From Octopus bimaculoides (taxonomy: Eukaryota), in contig NC_068992.1 of assembly GCF_001194135.2 (NCBI RefSeq), positions 54,344,366 to 54,408,365 of the forward strand: DNA of 64,000 nt. The letters run 5' to 3'. Shown here in pieces: positions 14,375 through 26,642 of the stretch (the first letter of the stretch is position 1; the number at the start of each line of letters is the position of its first letter). The position numbers were made by a program, and so were the translations under genes. The notes beneath the pieces were generated by a model, which was given only the letters and a program-made list of their open reading frames with translations, did not search any database and was not told the origin of the DNA.

Positions 14375-14870
14375 TTCCGGCGAAGGCTTTATCTCATATC
14401 TCAGAATTTATTTTCTTCTTTGCTGAAGGCTTTCTTTGTGGCGATGCCGTTAAAGACTCTGTAGATCGATTCTTAAAGTCGATGGCATTGATTGCATGGT
14501 AAATATTGGTGGAAGACGAAATTGATTTTGTCCAGCCTTTCTCTTCTGTCATTTGATTTCTTTCTTTTCACTTCTGGTGGCTTCGAAGTTTTTTGTTCCG
14601 ATGGTGATGGAACAGCGCCACTTGGTACAGTTCTGGACTTGTGATTCAAACGATTTAGGCTCAATTCCTGTGGCTTTCAGTGTTGCTTTGAGTTGATCCT
14701 TTTATCTTCGACGAGGCAACTCCGTGGTCTTTTACCTGAAGTGAGTTCACTGAATAAGACTTGGCGAGGAAAAAAAATTAATGAGGCCTTAACCGAAGAG
14801 GGAAATGGCTGACCCCAGTCCTTTCAATCTTTCCCGCTACGTAACCTTGTTCTCCCATAGCCACCAGTCA
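14375..14870 (-). mobile_element. RTE-clade LINE 3' fragment (degenerate)
   Basis: Frameshifted translation WENKVT...RQVLFSELTSGKRPR...KDQLKATLKATGIEPKSFESQVQNCTKWRCSITIGTKNFEATR...CNQCHR matches the RTE C-terminus (LPKQxLYGEL-GKR-GRP-YKDxLKxxLK...W...CxxC). Confidence 0.75.
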
Positions 14871-15189
14871 GAGGAAAACTGCCTGCCCTTTTTGGCGCGG
14901 GGCTAACAGTAATGTTATCTTCAAGATGATCTTGGCTGTTTAATGTACCGATGACGCCATTATCCGACTGGTGTATATATGGAATTAATGGAGGATTCGA
15001 TAAGTCGATGCAGAACCATTCAGCTCTTAGTGTACTGTGTATTTTAGTAGAAACATCTGTAAATGAATGAGGATGATTACCTAATTCCGGCTCCCTTGTC
15101 AGTCCATTAATTTCATATTACACTCTCTAATTGCCGGAATTTTATTCTAAAGCATATGTATATTGGGTTTTAAACGGCAGATTATTTGG

Positions 15190-15259
15190 TGAAGAAGAAG
15201 AAGAAGAAGAAGAAGAAGAAGAAGAAGAAGAAGAAGAATGTAATAATAATTCAAATAAC

Positions 15260-15347
<88 letters not shown>

Positions 15348-15360
15348 ATAATAATAACAA
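15190..15360. repeat. Compound microsatellite (GAA)n-(AAT)n-(AGT)n
   Basis: Read directly. Confidence 0.95.
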
Positions 15361-15371
15361 CATCGAAAATA

Positions 15372-15540
15372 CCTTAGGAATGAAGGAATGAGAACCCAGG
15401 TTCGAAATTTCCTCAAGACACCTGATGAAGGCTGAAGGGTATATCAGCCGAAACGTGTTAACAACAAACAAGATGAGGACAAATATCCGTCAAAATGTAA
15501 ATAATGTACATAATTCCTCATCTCTTAAATATAGAACTGT
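15372..15540 (+). mobile_element. Penelope-like terminal repeat containing a hammerhead ribozyme remnant
   Basis: CTGATGA at 15422-15428, a 6-bp stem GGCTGA/TCAGCC, then GAAAC at 15450-15454. The 3' tail (gtaaataatgtacataattcctcatctcttaaatatagaactg) recurs at about 33616-33661. Confidence 0.65.
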
Positions 15541-16008
15541 ATGTATATATGTATATATATATATGTGTGTTTATATATATGTATATNNNNNNNNNNNNNN
15601 NNNNNNNNNNNNNNNNNNNNNNNNNNNNNNNNNNNNNNNNNNNNNNNNNNNNNNNNNNNNNNNNNNNNNNNNNNNNNNNNNNNNNNNNNNNNNNNNNNNN
15701 NNNNNNNNNNNNNNNNNNNNNNNNNNNNNNNNNNNNNNNNNNNNNNNNNNNNNNNNNNNNNNNNNNNNNNNNNNNNNNNNNNNNNNNNNNNNNNNNNNNN
15801 NNNNNNNNNNNNNNNNNNNNNNNNNNNNNNNNNNNNNNNNNNNNNNNNNNNNNNNNNNNNNNNNNNNNNNNNNNNNNNNNNNNNNNNNNNNNNNNNNNNN
15901 NNNNNNNNNNNNNNNNNNNNNNNNNNNNNNNNNNNNNNNNNNNNNNNNNNNNNNNNNNNNNNNNNNNNNNNNNNNNNNNNNNNNNNNNNNNNNNNNNNNN
16001 NNNNNNNN

Positions 16009-16045
<37 letters not shown>

Positions 16046-16510
16046 TACACATATACAGATACAAATGCACACACACATATGCATTGAGAGAGAAAGAGAT
16101 CTTTACACACACTGCTATACCTATATACGGAAGCACTGACAAACAGGCAGATAAGCGCATAAACTTGAACACAAAAAAATACGAAGCAAAGAAGAGGATT
16201 CCAGCAATGTGACATGAATTGAGGAAATTAGAAAAATCAAAGAACACATGACACATCGTAATATTCCCACATACTAAAAATAAATTCCATTTGTACAAAA
16301 AGATTGGTTTCATATAGTTAGGAAATAGGCATTGATAAAGATGATGTATGCACAAAATGGCGTTGCATGCTGATGTACATAAGCATACACACACAAACAC
16401 ATAACATCAGTTAAACACATAAATACATATACCAGAAAGCGATACTAGAGCGGAACAAGACCACTGCTATATGTAGAATTTAACTATGTCTATATATGTA
16501 TAAATGTATA

Positions 16511-16601
16511 TGCGAGGTGGTGGGGGTGTGCGGAAAAGTTCATGGCGTTAAGAGTATCGCGAAGGCCTGGTTGGAGTCCCAACCTTCCGAGTTCTTTTAC
16601 A
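16511..16601 (+). mobile_element. Possible mariner-derived MITE fragment
   Basis: (t)gcgagg...gtgtgcggaaaagtt resembles a mariner TIR, followed by gaaggcctggttggag-cccaaccttccgagttctttt, which resembles a transposase C-terminus. Confidence 0.3.
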
Positions 16602-16930
16602 TAATGAACTTCCTTTAATTTTGCTCAGATTGCTTTCAATTTTGGTGTATCGATGCAACGCTGAATTTTGATTACGTTCAACTAATTACTTTATCTCGTA
16701 AATTAAAGAAGCTGATGTTTTTTTGGAATTAAAGTTGAGAAATTTGGGTAATTTTAGCCAATCAACAGACAGCGAGGCATTAATAGCTTGTTACCACGTA
16801 TATGTGTGTGTGTGTGAGTGTATGCTTGTGTATGTGTGTGTGTGTATGTATGTATGTATGTATGTATGTATGTATGCATGTATGTATGTATGTATGTATG
16901 TATGTATGCATGTAATTATGTGTATATGCC

Positions 16931-17148
16931 TGTGTTTGTTTCCCCGCCATCGCTTGACAACTGATGCTGGTGTGTTTATGCTTCCGTAACCTAGCGGTTC
17001 GGCCAAAAAGAGCGATAGAATAAGTACTGGGCTTACAAAGAATAAGTCCTGTGGTCGATTTGTTTGACTAAAACTCTTCAAGGCGGTGCTCCTGCATGGC
17101 CGCAGTCAAATGACCGAAACAAGTAAAATAATAAAAGAATAAAAGAAC
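16931..17148 (+). mobile_element. SINE family B, 3' half
   Basis: catcgcttgacaactgatgctggtgtgtttatg...ggcggtgctcctgcatggccgcagtcaaatgaccgaaacaagtaaaa, homologous to 30580-31058. Confidence 0.8.
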
Positions 17149-17329
17149 TTGAGTTTTAAAATTACCGCCGTAGCACAATACATTCAAATATTTAACCTTT
17201 CAAATGTAATTTATATAAGAGCAATATTTAGCTCTTATATAAAATTTACGAAAATATTGCTCTTATTTAAACTTTACGAAAATATTGTTCTTAAAGAATC
17301 TTTACGAAAATTCATTTTCTATAATGACC

Positions 17330-17880
17330 AATCTCGTCGCACTAAAAATATTCTTCATAATCTCGTACTTGAGATTATTCACCTTATCTTCTAGTGGAAA
17401 TGTATCCAATGCTGCTGCTCTTATGTACAATGAAGCCCTTAGGCTTAACGGTTTTACTGATAGGATTACATAATTACAGCCTTTTGTACCTTCAAATAAT
17501 AACCCTCAAATATATGAAAAGAAAATCACTTGGTTTAATCCTCTGTATTCTTTTTCAGTTAGAAAACTTATAACGGACATTTTTATCCAACCTAAGCACT
17601 TCTTTTAATCAAAATATCCAAAATATCGTCAAAGTGAGCGCAGCTAAATTCTGCTATTCTGCTGCACAAAATTTTGATCAAGTTAAGCCATGCTATACTT
17701 AAGCCTACTTCTATCATTAACCTAACTACTACTGATGCTTTAAACAATGAATTTAAAATATTTTCATTGTGATCGTACGATAAAAATCGCTATCGTTTCA
17801 TTTACAGATTTTTACGAGAATATGCGACGGCATCAGAATTCCAGGATATTCTAACTCTAGATTTATCATCATTTACCAAG
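17330..17880 (+). mobile_element. Penelope-like element fragment (RT thumb/linker region), degenerate
   Basis: LFTLSSSGNVSNAAALMYNEALRLNGFTDRIT*...KKITWFNPLYS matches the Penelope motifs LSSxxxxFxxAAPxYxxAL and RKIIWFNPPYS. Confidence 0.7.
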
Positions 17881-17922
17881 ATTAATAATTTTTCAATTTA
17901 TATATGCATATATATACATATA

Positions 17923-17963
<41 letters not shown>

Positions 17964-19204
17964 NNNNNNNNNNNNNNNNNNNNNNNNNNNNNNNNNNNNN
18001 NNNNNNNNNNNNNNNNNNNNNNNNNNNNNNNNNNNNNNNNNNNNNNNNNNNNNNNNNNNNNNNNNNNNNNNNNNNNNNNNNNNNNNNNNNNNNNNNNNNN
18101 NNNNNNNNNNNNNNNNNNNNNNNNNNNNNNNNNNNNNNNNNNNNNNNNNNNNNNNNNNNNNNNNNNNNNNNNNNNNNNNNNNNNNNNNNNNNNNNNNNNN
18201 NNNNNNNNNNNNNNNNNNNNNNNNNNNNNNNNNNNNNNNNNNNNNNNNNNNNNNNNNNNNNNNNNNNNNNNNNNNNNNNNNNNNNNNNNNNNNNNNNNNN
18301 GCACACACACACAGACACACACACACGTCTTTGTGCATGTATGTATTTAGTTCTTTCCATTAATTACTATACACAATTAATTGAAAACCTGCCTTGTCAC
18401 TTCCCTTCGCTTTTTATCCCCTGTTTTTTTTTTAATTCTATTTCATACTAGACCATCAACTCAAATATTTCTAAGTTTCAATATTGAACAGCTATCTTTC
18501 TTTTTTCTGCTTCTAGCTTTCTGTTTTCACAACGTCTTAAGCATTCGAATTTCTTTGGAAATTCTTTAACGATTCTTAGAAAATTCTATATTCGCTTCTT
18601 ATATAGTCTTCTCACTATCAATATAACCTTTGTTATCTGCTCCCTACTTGTAAACTAAACCTTAACTTGAAAAATTATAGCTGTTAAACGTATTTACCTC
18701 CACGATACGAGAGCTTTTCCACTTTCAAAAACATTTCTATTCAAATTTTTCGAGCTTATCTCCAACATTTTGTGCAAGTCAGCTATAAGATCTTCTTTAT
18801 TCTGTGTTCTCTTGCGTAAAGATTTCATTTTAAATTTGTTCTTTGAGTTTTCTTTAACTTTCCTATGGTTTATTCATCTGCCATTAGTCAATTTGTTTCT
18901 TGATTTACTGTTTAACTTTTTCGGTAACAAATATACCCGAGACTTCATTTGGTTCCCTGATACAAATTTCTCGAAATTAAAACTTTCCGTTAATACATCT
19001 TCCAAGCATCAATTTAATAATGACTAAATCACTATTTGTTATTGTTTTCATTAATTCAAAGTTTATCGAAACAAAAGCAATATATTTCAACAGGAATATT
19101 GGAATAAAAACACAAAATTACTGGTCGCTCTTTCTCTTTATAACAGTACACAAGACCATCACCCATCATATGACGGTAACTTTAGAAGTATACTTCTGCC
19201 AGTA

Positions 19205-19602
19205 GTGGAGGCGCAATGGCCCAGTGGTTAGGGCAGTGGACTCGCGGTCATAGGATCGCGGTTTCGATTCCCAGACCGGGCGCTGTGAGTGTGTATTGAG
19301 CGAAAACACCTAAAAGCTCCACGAGGCTCCGGCAGGGTATGGTGGCGAACCCTGCTGTACTCTTCCACCACAACTTTCTCTCACACTTACTTCCTGTTTC
19401 TGTTGTGCCTGTATTTCAAAGGGTCAGCCTTGTCACACTCTGTGTCACGCTGAATATCCCCGAGAACTACGTTAAGGGTACACGTGTCTGTGTATTTCTC
19501 AGCCACTTGCACGTTAATTTCACGAGCAGGCTGTTCCGTTGATCGGATCAACTGGAACCCTCGACGTCGTAAGCAATGGAGTGCCAACAACAACCAACAA
19601 CA
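19205..19602 (+). mobile_element. Full-length tRNA-derived SINE (family C) with 15-bp target-site duplication
   Basis: A-box tggcccagtgg, B-box ggtttcgattcc and (CAA)n tail. Perfect TSD ATACTTCTGCCAGTA at 19190-19204 and 19603-19617. Confidence 0.92.
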
Positions 19603-19767
19603 ATACTTCTGCCAGTAAAGTTAGTATCAGTTTCAGGTAGTATGGTATACATATAATTATAACTGTTCAAATTTTATCGAAATTTTTAGTGCTAATGCAA
19701 AATGATGAAATCAATACTAACTTTACGTTAACTCTCTTCGTAATTCCTTCACTCTCACTTTATAGGT

Positions 19768-20080
19768 GCACTCCGTCGGTTACGACGACGAGGGTCCCAG
19801 CTGATACGATCAACGGAACAGCCTGCCCGTGAAATTAACGTGCAAGTGACTGAGCAATCCACAGACACGTGTACCCCTAACGTAGTTTTCAGGGAGACTC
19901 AGCGTGACAAGGCCGGCCCTTTGAATTACAGGTACTACTCATTTTTGCCAGCTGAGTGAACTGGAGCAACGTGAAATAAAGTGCCTTGCTCAAGGACACA
20001 ACGCGTCACCGGGAATCGAACTCACGACCTTATGATCGTGTGCCGAATGCCCTTAACTACTAATCCACGCGCGCCTTCAC
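19768..20080 (-). mobile_element. tRNA-derived SINE (family C') sharing its 3' half with family C
   Basis: The reverse complement of 19768-19935 matches 19409-19584. The 5' part differs (gtgtccttgagcaaggcactttatttcacgttgctccag). Confidence 0.85.
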
Positions 20081-20129
20081 CAATCTCTTTTTCTCTGTCT
20101 CTTTCCTTATATATATATATATATACATA

Positions 20130-20526
<397 letters not shown>

Positions 20527-20978
20527 ACTCCTTAATGCATAGTCACAACTCGCCACACAGCATTTATACATATAAATACAGCCGGGTTCTTTTCAATTTT
20601 CTTCTATTCATCTCTCAAACAATTTTCAAACTTTCAGATATTAACAGTCTATTTTATCCATATAGAAGTCATTCAGACTCAATTGTAATTCACTGACCTT
20701 ACGACTACTTCGTTTCACTTACAATATTTGAATTTTGCCCTGGGATTTGAGTAATCATTTTCTTATATTCAATATTAATCACGCTCTGCACAACGGTTTT
20801 CAGTCACTTTAGCCCTTGAGATTTCCTTATGCACCGAGTTTTACATTAGTGGGTGTCTTCAAAGATAACTACTGTATATATCCAATTATCTTCGTTTACC
20901 TAATAAATAATTATCTGTACGAGGTCATATCTGATAGTCATGTCTCTTGTTCATACCATTATATATATGCATACATAG

Positions 20979-21009
<31 letters not shown>

Positions 21010-21190
21010 CATATATTTTACATTTACTTCTCCCATACTTAATTATACAGTAAATTACTTGCTGTCATTTTTGTGCCAGTTTAATATGATTTACCATAGC
21101 CAGGTTTTCTATTTACGCATGCCTATGTTTGAGAGTCTCTCTAATAATATATGCGTACAGATATACACATACATGACTATATATATACAT

Positions 21191-21245
<55 letters not shown>

Positions 21246-21641
21246 NNNNNNNNNNNNNNNNNNNNNNNNNNNNNNNNNNNNNNNNNNNNNNNNNNNNNNN
21301 NNNNNNNNNNNNNNNNNNNNNNNNNNNNNNNNNNNNNNNNNNNNNNNNNNNNNNNNNNNNNNNNNNNNNNNNNNNNNNNNNNNNNNNNNNNNNNNNNNNN
21401 NNNNNNNNNNNNNNNNNNNNNNNNNNNNNNNNNNNNNNNNNNNNNNNNNNNNNNNNNNNNNNNNNNNNNNNNNNNNNNNNNNNNNNNNNNNNNNNNNNNN
21501 NNNNNNNNNNNNNNNNNNNNNNNNNNNNNNNNNNNNNNNNNNNNNNNNNNNNNNNNNNNNNNNNNNATATATATATTATATATATATATATATGTATGTA
21601 TGTGTATATATATTATATATATATATGTATGTATGTGTATA

Positions 21642-21674
<33 letters not shown>

Positions 21675-21821
21675 TATATCTATCTATCTAGATATATCTA
21701 TATATCTATATCATTAAGAATATTATATTATTTAATAACAGTTTGACTTCGCTCATGGAGTTTATTAATTTTCGTGGGTTCGGAAAATGAACCTAGCTCT
21801 TCGGGCTTAGGTACATTAAGT

Positions 21822-21911
<90 letters not shown>
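21822..21911. repeat. (GATA)n microsatellite
   Basis: Read directly; similar tracts near 9596, 52230, 59793, 62627 and 63125. Confidence 0.95.
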
Positions 21912-22142
21912 CCTGAAACCAACTGGTCTACTGGTCCGGTCGCCGCTAGATGAAAATTATTCGCTCCCTTGTTTGCAATATATCGGATACAGATATTGTG
22001 CTGTTAACCAGTTGACGGAGGTGTCCTCCTGGGGTTAAAAAGCGTAGCAACATTTTTCTATGTTTATAGATGTATATATCCATATGGATGCATATTTATA
22101 TACATGCACAAACTTATATATAAATGCATACATACATGTACA

Positions 22143-22350
22143 TACGAGGTGCGTTGAAAAACTATCCGACTTTATATTATACCATCAAAACTAATACTTC
22201 GATGGCAAAATTTTTTGAGTTAGAGGTGACACTACCTTCTGTGCGCATGCATGAGAATTTTTGCACCGGTAGGCCACATCAGTTCCCGACTGTTACGCTT
22301 AGTGTACAGACGTGTAGTGTTCGCTATGGTATGAAATTAACCCGGTGAAA
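22143..22350 (+). mobile_element. Tc1/mariner 5' end (TIR-like), truncated
   Basis: TA followed by cgaggtgcgttgaaaaactatccgac resembles a mariner TIR, with a downstream gtgcgcatgc leader motif. Confidence 0.45.
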
Positions 22351-22715
22351 ATAAAGAGGTAGAATGATTTCAGATTTCCTATGACATTCAGAAACTGATA
22401 GGAAATGTGAAACAATGTTTAGGTGCATGTATAGACAGTACGTGAAGGGAGGGGGAAACTTTGTGAATGAGAGGAAAGGAAAAGAGCAATGAAAGGAGAA
22501 AGGGGAGCAGTGAAGCCCTACTGTCTCACTTTTATCTCCTTCTCTAATATCTAAAACATGAAGAAGTTCCCTGTCCGAAACGTAAGAAATACGCTGCTCA
22601 CGACATTATTATTTCATTCTCTCTTTTACTTTCTCAGTAAATATAGGCTTTGCTGACACAGACCAATACTAGTCTCTTGGCTTGTGCTTTATCTAAGTAT
22701 GAATCTATGCATACA

Positions 22716-22746
<31 letters not shown>

Positions 22747-23936
22747 NNNNNNNNNNNNNNNNNNNNNNNNNNNNNNNNNNNNNNNNNNNNNNNNNNNNNN
22801 NNNNNNNNNNNNNNNNNNNNNNNNNNNNNNNNNNNNNNNNNNNNNNNNNNNNNNNNNNNNNNNNNNNNNNNNNNNNNNNNNNNNNNNNNNNNNNNNNNNN
22901 NNNNNNNNNNNNNNNNNNNNNNNNNNNNNNNNNNNNNNNNNNNNNNNNNNNNNNNNNNNNNNNNNNNNNNNNNNNNNNNNNNNNNNNNNNNNNNNNNNNN
23001 NNNNNNNNNNNNNNNNNNNNNNNNNNNNNNNNNNNNNNNNNNNNNNNNNNNNNNNNNNNNNNNNNNNNNNNNNNNNNNNNNNNNNNNNNNNNNNNNNNNN
23101 NNNNNNNNNNNNNNNNNNNNNNNNNNNNNNNNNNNNNNNNNNNNNNNNNNNNNNNNNNNNNNNNNNNNNNNNNNNNNNNNNNNNNNNNNNNNNNNNNNNN
23201 NNNNNNNNNNNNNNNNNNNNNNNNNATATATATATATATATACATGTATGTATGCATATATGTGTGTGTGTGTGTATGTGTGTGTACGTATGAATGTATA
23301 TGTGTATATGTACATATATATACACATATATTCATATACCCACATCAACAGACACACATAGACATATACATATACTTCGGGTAGAACGTCGTTTTAAGTG
23401 CTATGCCTATCGTTGTGTTGTTTATATTATTTCTAAGTATTATTTTATCGATTTCTACAACTGTACATTAGATATTCTTGTCAACTGCCATGACAAGTTT
23501 GAACTGTATTTCGACATAGATTTCCATCAGCTTTCGTGTAATGTCCGTACTATGAGAGTTGCTTCATAATTTCAAACCTTCGTTTATGGGTGTGTGAGAG
23601 CTAAGCGCTAAACATAGAATTCTGATTTGGTTTGGGTGGGTGTAACATACTGAATTCCAAACAAAAGTGTTTCTGAAAGCGTTTCCATATTCTGACGCAA
23701 GGAACGCAAAACAAAGACAGTGACAAGAGGCAACAACTCACCAATTATGTAGAGAAGCAAGAAATGGGTTTGTCATTCTTTTGTGAATAATTGAAGGTAA
23801 GTGATGGATTGAGAAAGACAAAATATATACAGTAGTAACAAAATCAGGTAATAGGAAGAACTGCAAAAATGGTCGCATACATTGCTTTGATGCGGAGCAT
23901 TCCAGTCATGGCCCCCACTTTATATTATTATTATTA

Positions 23937-24001
23937 TTGTTCAGTAGTTTTATTTTTATAACGTGCTTCCACGTCACTACCGAGTGCAGTTCCGTGTGCT
24001 T

Positions 24002-24002
<1 letters not shown>
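23937..24002 (-). mobile_element. 3' tip of R4/Dong-like LINE inside (ATT)n
   Basis: Reverse complement matches the 3' UTR at about 38143-38210 (gcgcacagagctgcgctcggtagtgaagtgaaagcac...aaaataaaactattgaac). (ATT)n lies on both sides. Confidence 0.7.
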
Positions 24003-24166
<164 letters not shown>

Positions 24167-24784
24167 TAAGGCGGCAAAATGGCAGAATTGTTAACACACT
24201 GGATTCGGTTATTTTGAAAATCTCCAAACCGATGTTGTTCTTCATGCTAATTACGAAAAGCATAAGAGTTTTTCTTTCCTTCTTTCTTTCTTTTTTTTTT
24301 NNNNNNNNNNNNNNNNNNNNNNNNNNNNNNNNNNNNNNNNNNNNNNNNNNNNNNNNNNNNNNNNNNNNNNNNNNNNNNNNNNNNNNNNNNNNNNNNNNNN
24401 NNNNNNNNNNNNNNNNNNNNNNNNNNNNNNNNNNNNNNNNNNNNNNNNNNNNNNNNNNNNNNNNNNNNNNNNNNNNNNNNNNNNNNNNNNNNNNNNNNNN
24501 NNNNNNNNNNNNNNNNNNNNNNNNNNNNNNNNNNNNNNNNNNNNNNNNNNNNNNNNNNNNNNNNNNNNNNNNNNNNNNNNNNNNNNNNNNNNNNNNNNNN
24601 NNNNNNNNNNNNNNNNNNNNNNNNNNNNNNNNNNNNNNNNNNNNNNNNNNNNNNNNNNNNNNNNNNNNNNNNNNNNNNNNNNNNNNNNNNNNNNNNNNNN
24701 NNNNNNNNNNNNNNNNNNNNNNNNNNNNNNNNNNNNNNNNNNNNNNNNNNNNNNNNNNNNNNNNNNNNNNNNNNNNNNNNNNNN

Positions 24785-24825
<41 letters not shown>

Positions 24826-24896
24826 GGACCCCTAGATACATTTCTGACTCGTTATACATCCATCCATGCATACATACATACACACATATATTTATA

Positions 24897-24932
<36 letters not shown>

Positions 24933-25011
24933 TGTATACATACGTATATCTATATATGTGTGTGTATGTATATATGCAATATATACAATATCTGTTTTAT
25001 ATACATAAATA

Positions 25012-25181
25012 GGCGCAGGAGTGGCTGTGTGGTAACAAGCTTATTTCACAAGCACATGGTTCCAGGTTCAGTCTCACTGCATAGCACCATGGGCAAGTGT
25101 CTTCTATTATACCCACGGGCCGACCAAAGTCTTGTGAGTGGATTTGGTAGACGGAAACTGAAAAGAAGTCCATCGTATGTG

Positions 25182-25246
<65 letters not shown>

Positions 25247-25473
25247 NNNNNNNNNNNNNNNNNNNNNNNNNNNNNNNCCACCACCACCAACATCGCTTGA
25301 CAACCGATTTTGGTGTGTTTACGTCTCCGTAACTTAGCAGTTCGTCAAAAGAGACAGATATAATAAGTACTAGGCTTACAAAGAATAAGTCCAGGGGTCG
25401 ATTTCTTCGACTAAAGGTGGTGCTCCAGCATGGTCACGGTCAAAGGACTGAAACCAGTAAAAGAAGTAAAAGA

Positions 25474-25474
<1 letters not shown>
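25012..25474 (+). mobile_element. SINE family B, near full length (gap in internal microsatellite)
   Basis: Same head, body and (AAAAGAAGT) tail as other family B copies. Confidence 0.85.
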
Positions 25475-25506
<32 letters not shown>

Positions 25507-26270
25507 CATACATATATACATACATACGTTCCCCCTCTCTCACATTTCCTGGCTTTCTCTTTATACTCACCTTCCCTCCTCTTTCACTTCACTCTCTCTC
25601 TTTTCTTTATTTCTCGTCCCTCCCTAATTCTTCTATCTCTCTGCTTCTACCTCTCTTCTCTCTCCACGTGACCGTTGTTCGGCCAAGCCTGACATTTCTT
25701 TCTTGGTTCGACTACCATCCGTGCAACATCTATATTCCTCCCTATGCCTGTCATATCATATGTCCCTGCTGTAAGGCTTCACTTCCACACACGCCAGCTT
25801 AATTTAATTCGTCCTTAGTCGAAAGACACCTGTTGTTAATGTCTTTTATTTGCATTTGTATTTGTGTACCATTTCTCCGTTTTTTCCGTCCTTGTTTTCG
25901 TATACATTCGCTACTTTCTTCCAAGGAATCTAGTGCTCTTAGCTTAGCTTTACTTTGAGGCTGGCCAGATTGGAGCAATCTCGAGTATAACCATCAGAAA
26001 TTGCAAAGATAATCTCGAACTCGACTGAGGAAAGAAAACTCCGAATGACTCGTCCTTGTTTTTTTTGTATCATCTGTCTGGATGTTTTGCGTTCTTGCCC
26101 CATTTTTGGTATTCCTTTTTACATGCACACATACATACATACATACATACATGCATACATACATACATACATGTGAGCGCGTGTTATTTGGCATTGTTAA
26201 TAGAAGAGTTGGAAGAGGAGAGAAGGAATAGAAAAAATTGGTGAACGACAAGCAGGTAGTAGTAGTAGTA

Positions 26271-26349
26271 GAAGAAGAAGAAGAAGAAGAAGAAGAAGAA
26301 GAAGAAGAAGAAGAAGAAGAAGAAGAAGAAGAAGAAGAAGAAGAAGAAG

Positions 26350-26379
<30 letters not shown>
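26271..26379. repeat. (GAA)n microsatellite
   Basis: Read directly. Confidence 0.95.
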
Positions 26380-26380
<1 letters not shown>

Positions 26381-26602
26381 GTACCTCATCAAGAAGGGAG
26401 TTTAGTGAGTTGAAATTAGATGAGTGGCGGCTAAATGGTGTTAATTAGGTCACAGAAACATAGACATACGTAAGCATACGTGTATGTATATAAACACATG
26501 TATGTGTATAAACATACATACACGCATAGTAATTTCCCTCCCTCCTCTTTCTCCTATACACATTCGTCTATATCTGCTACTCTCTTTACTCTCCCTCTCC
26601 CT

Positions 26603-26642
<40 letters not shown>

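Noticed and set aside
19205-19275. tRNA gene calls for SINE heads (also 7709, 20130, 42000, 46700)
   Set aside because: A/B boxes are present but there is no complete cloverleaf, and each continues into a repeated SINE body.
22558-22590. Second hammerhead-like motif (atgaagaag...ccgaaacgtaag)
   Set aside because: C3 is mutated and stem II does not pair; at most a decayed Penelope end.
26021-26060. CTGAGGA...GAAT...GTC ribozyme-like motif in an unclassified repeat
   Set aside because: GAAA is not intact, and stems I and II cannot be formed convincingly.
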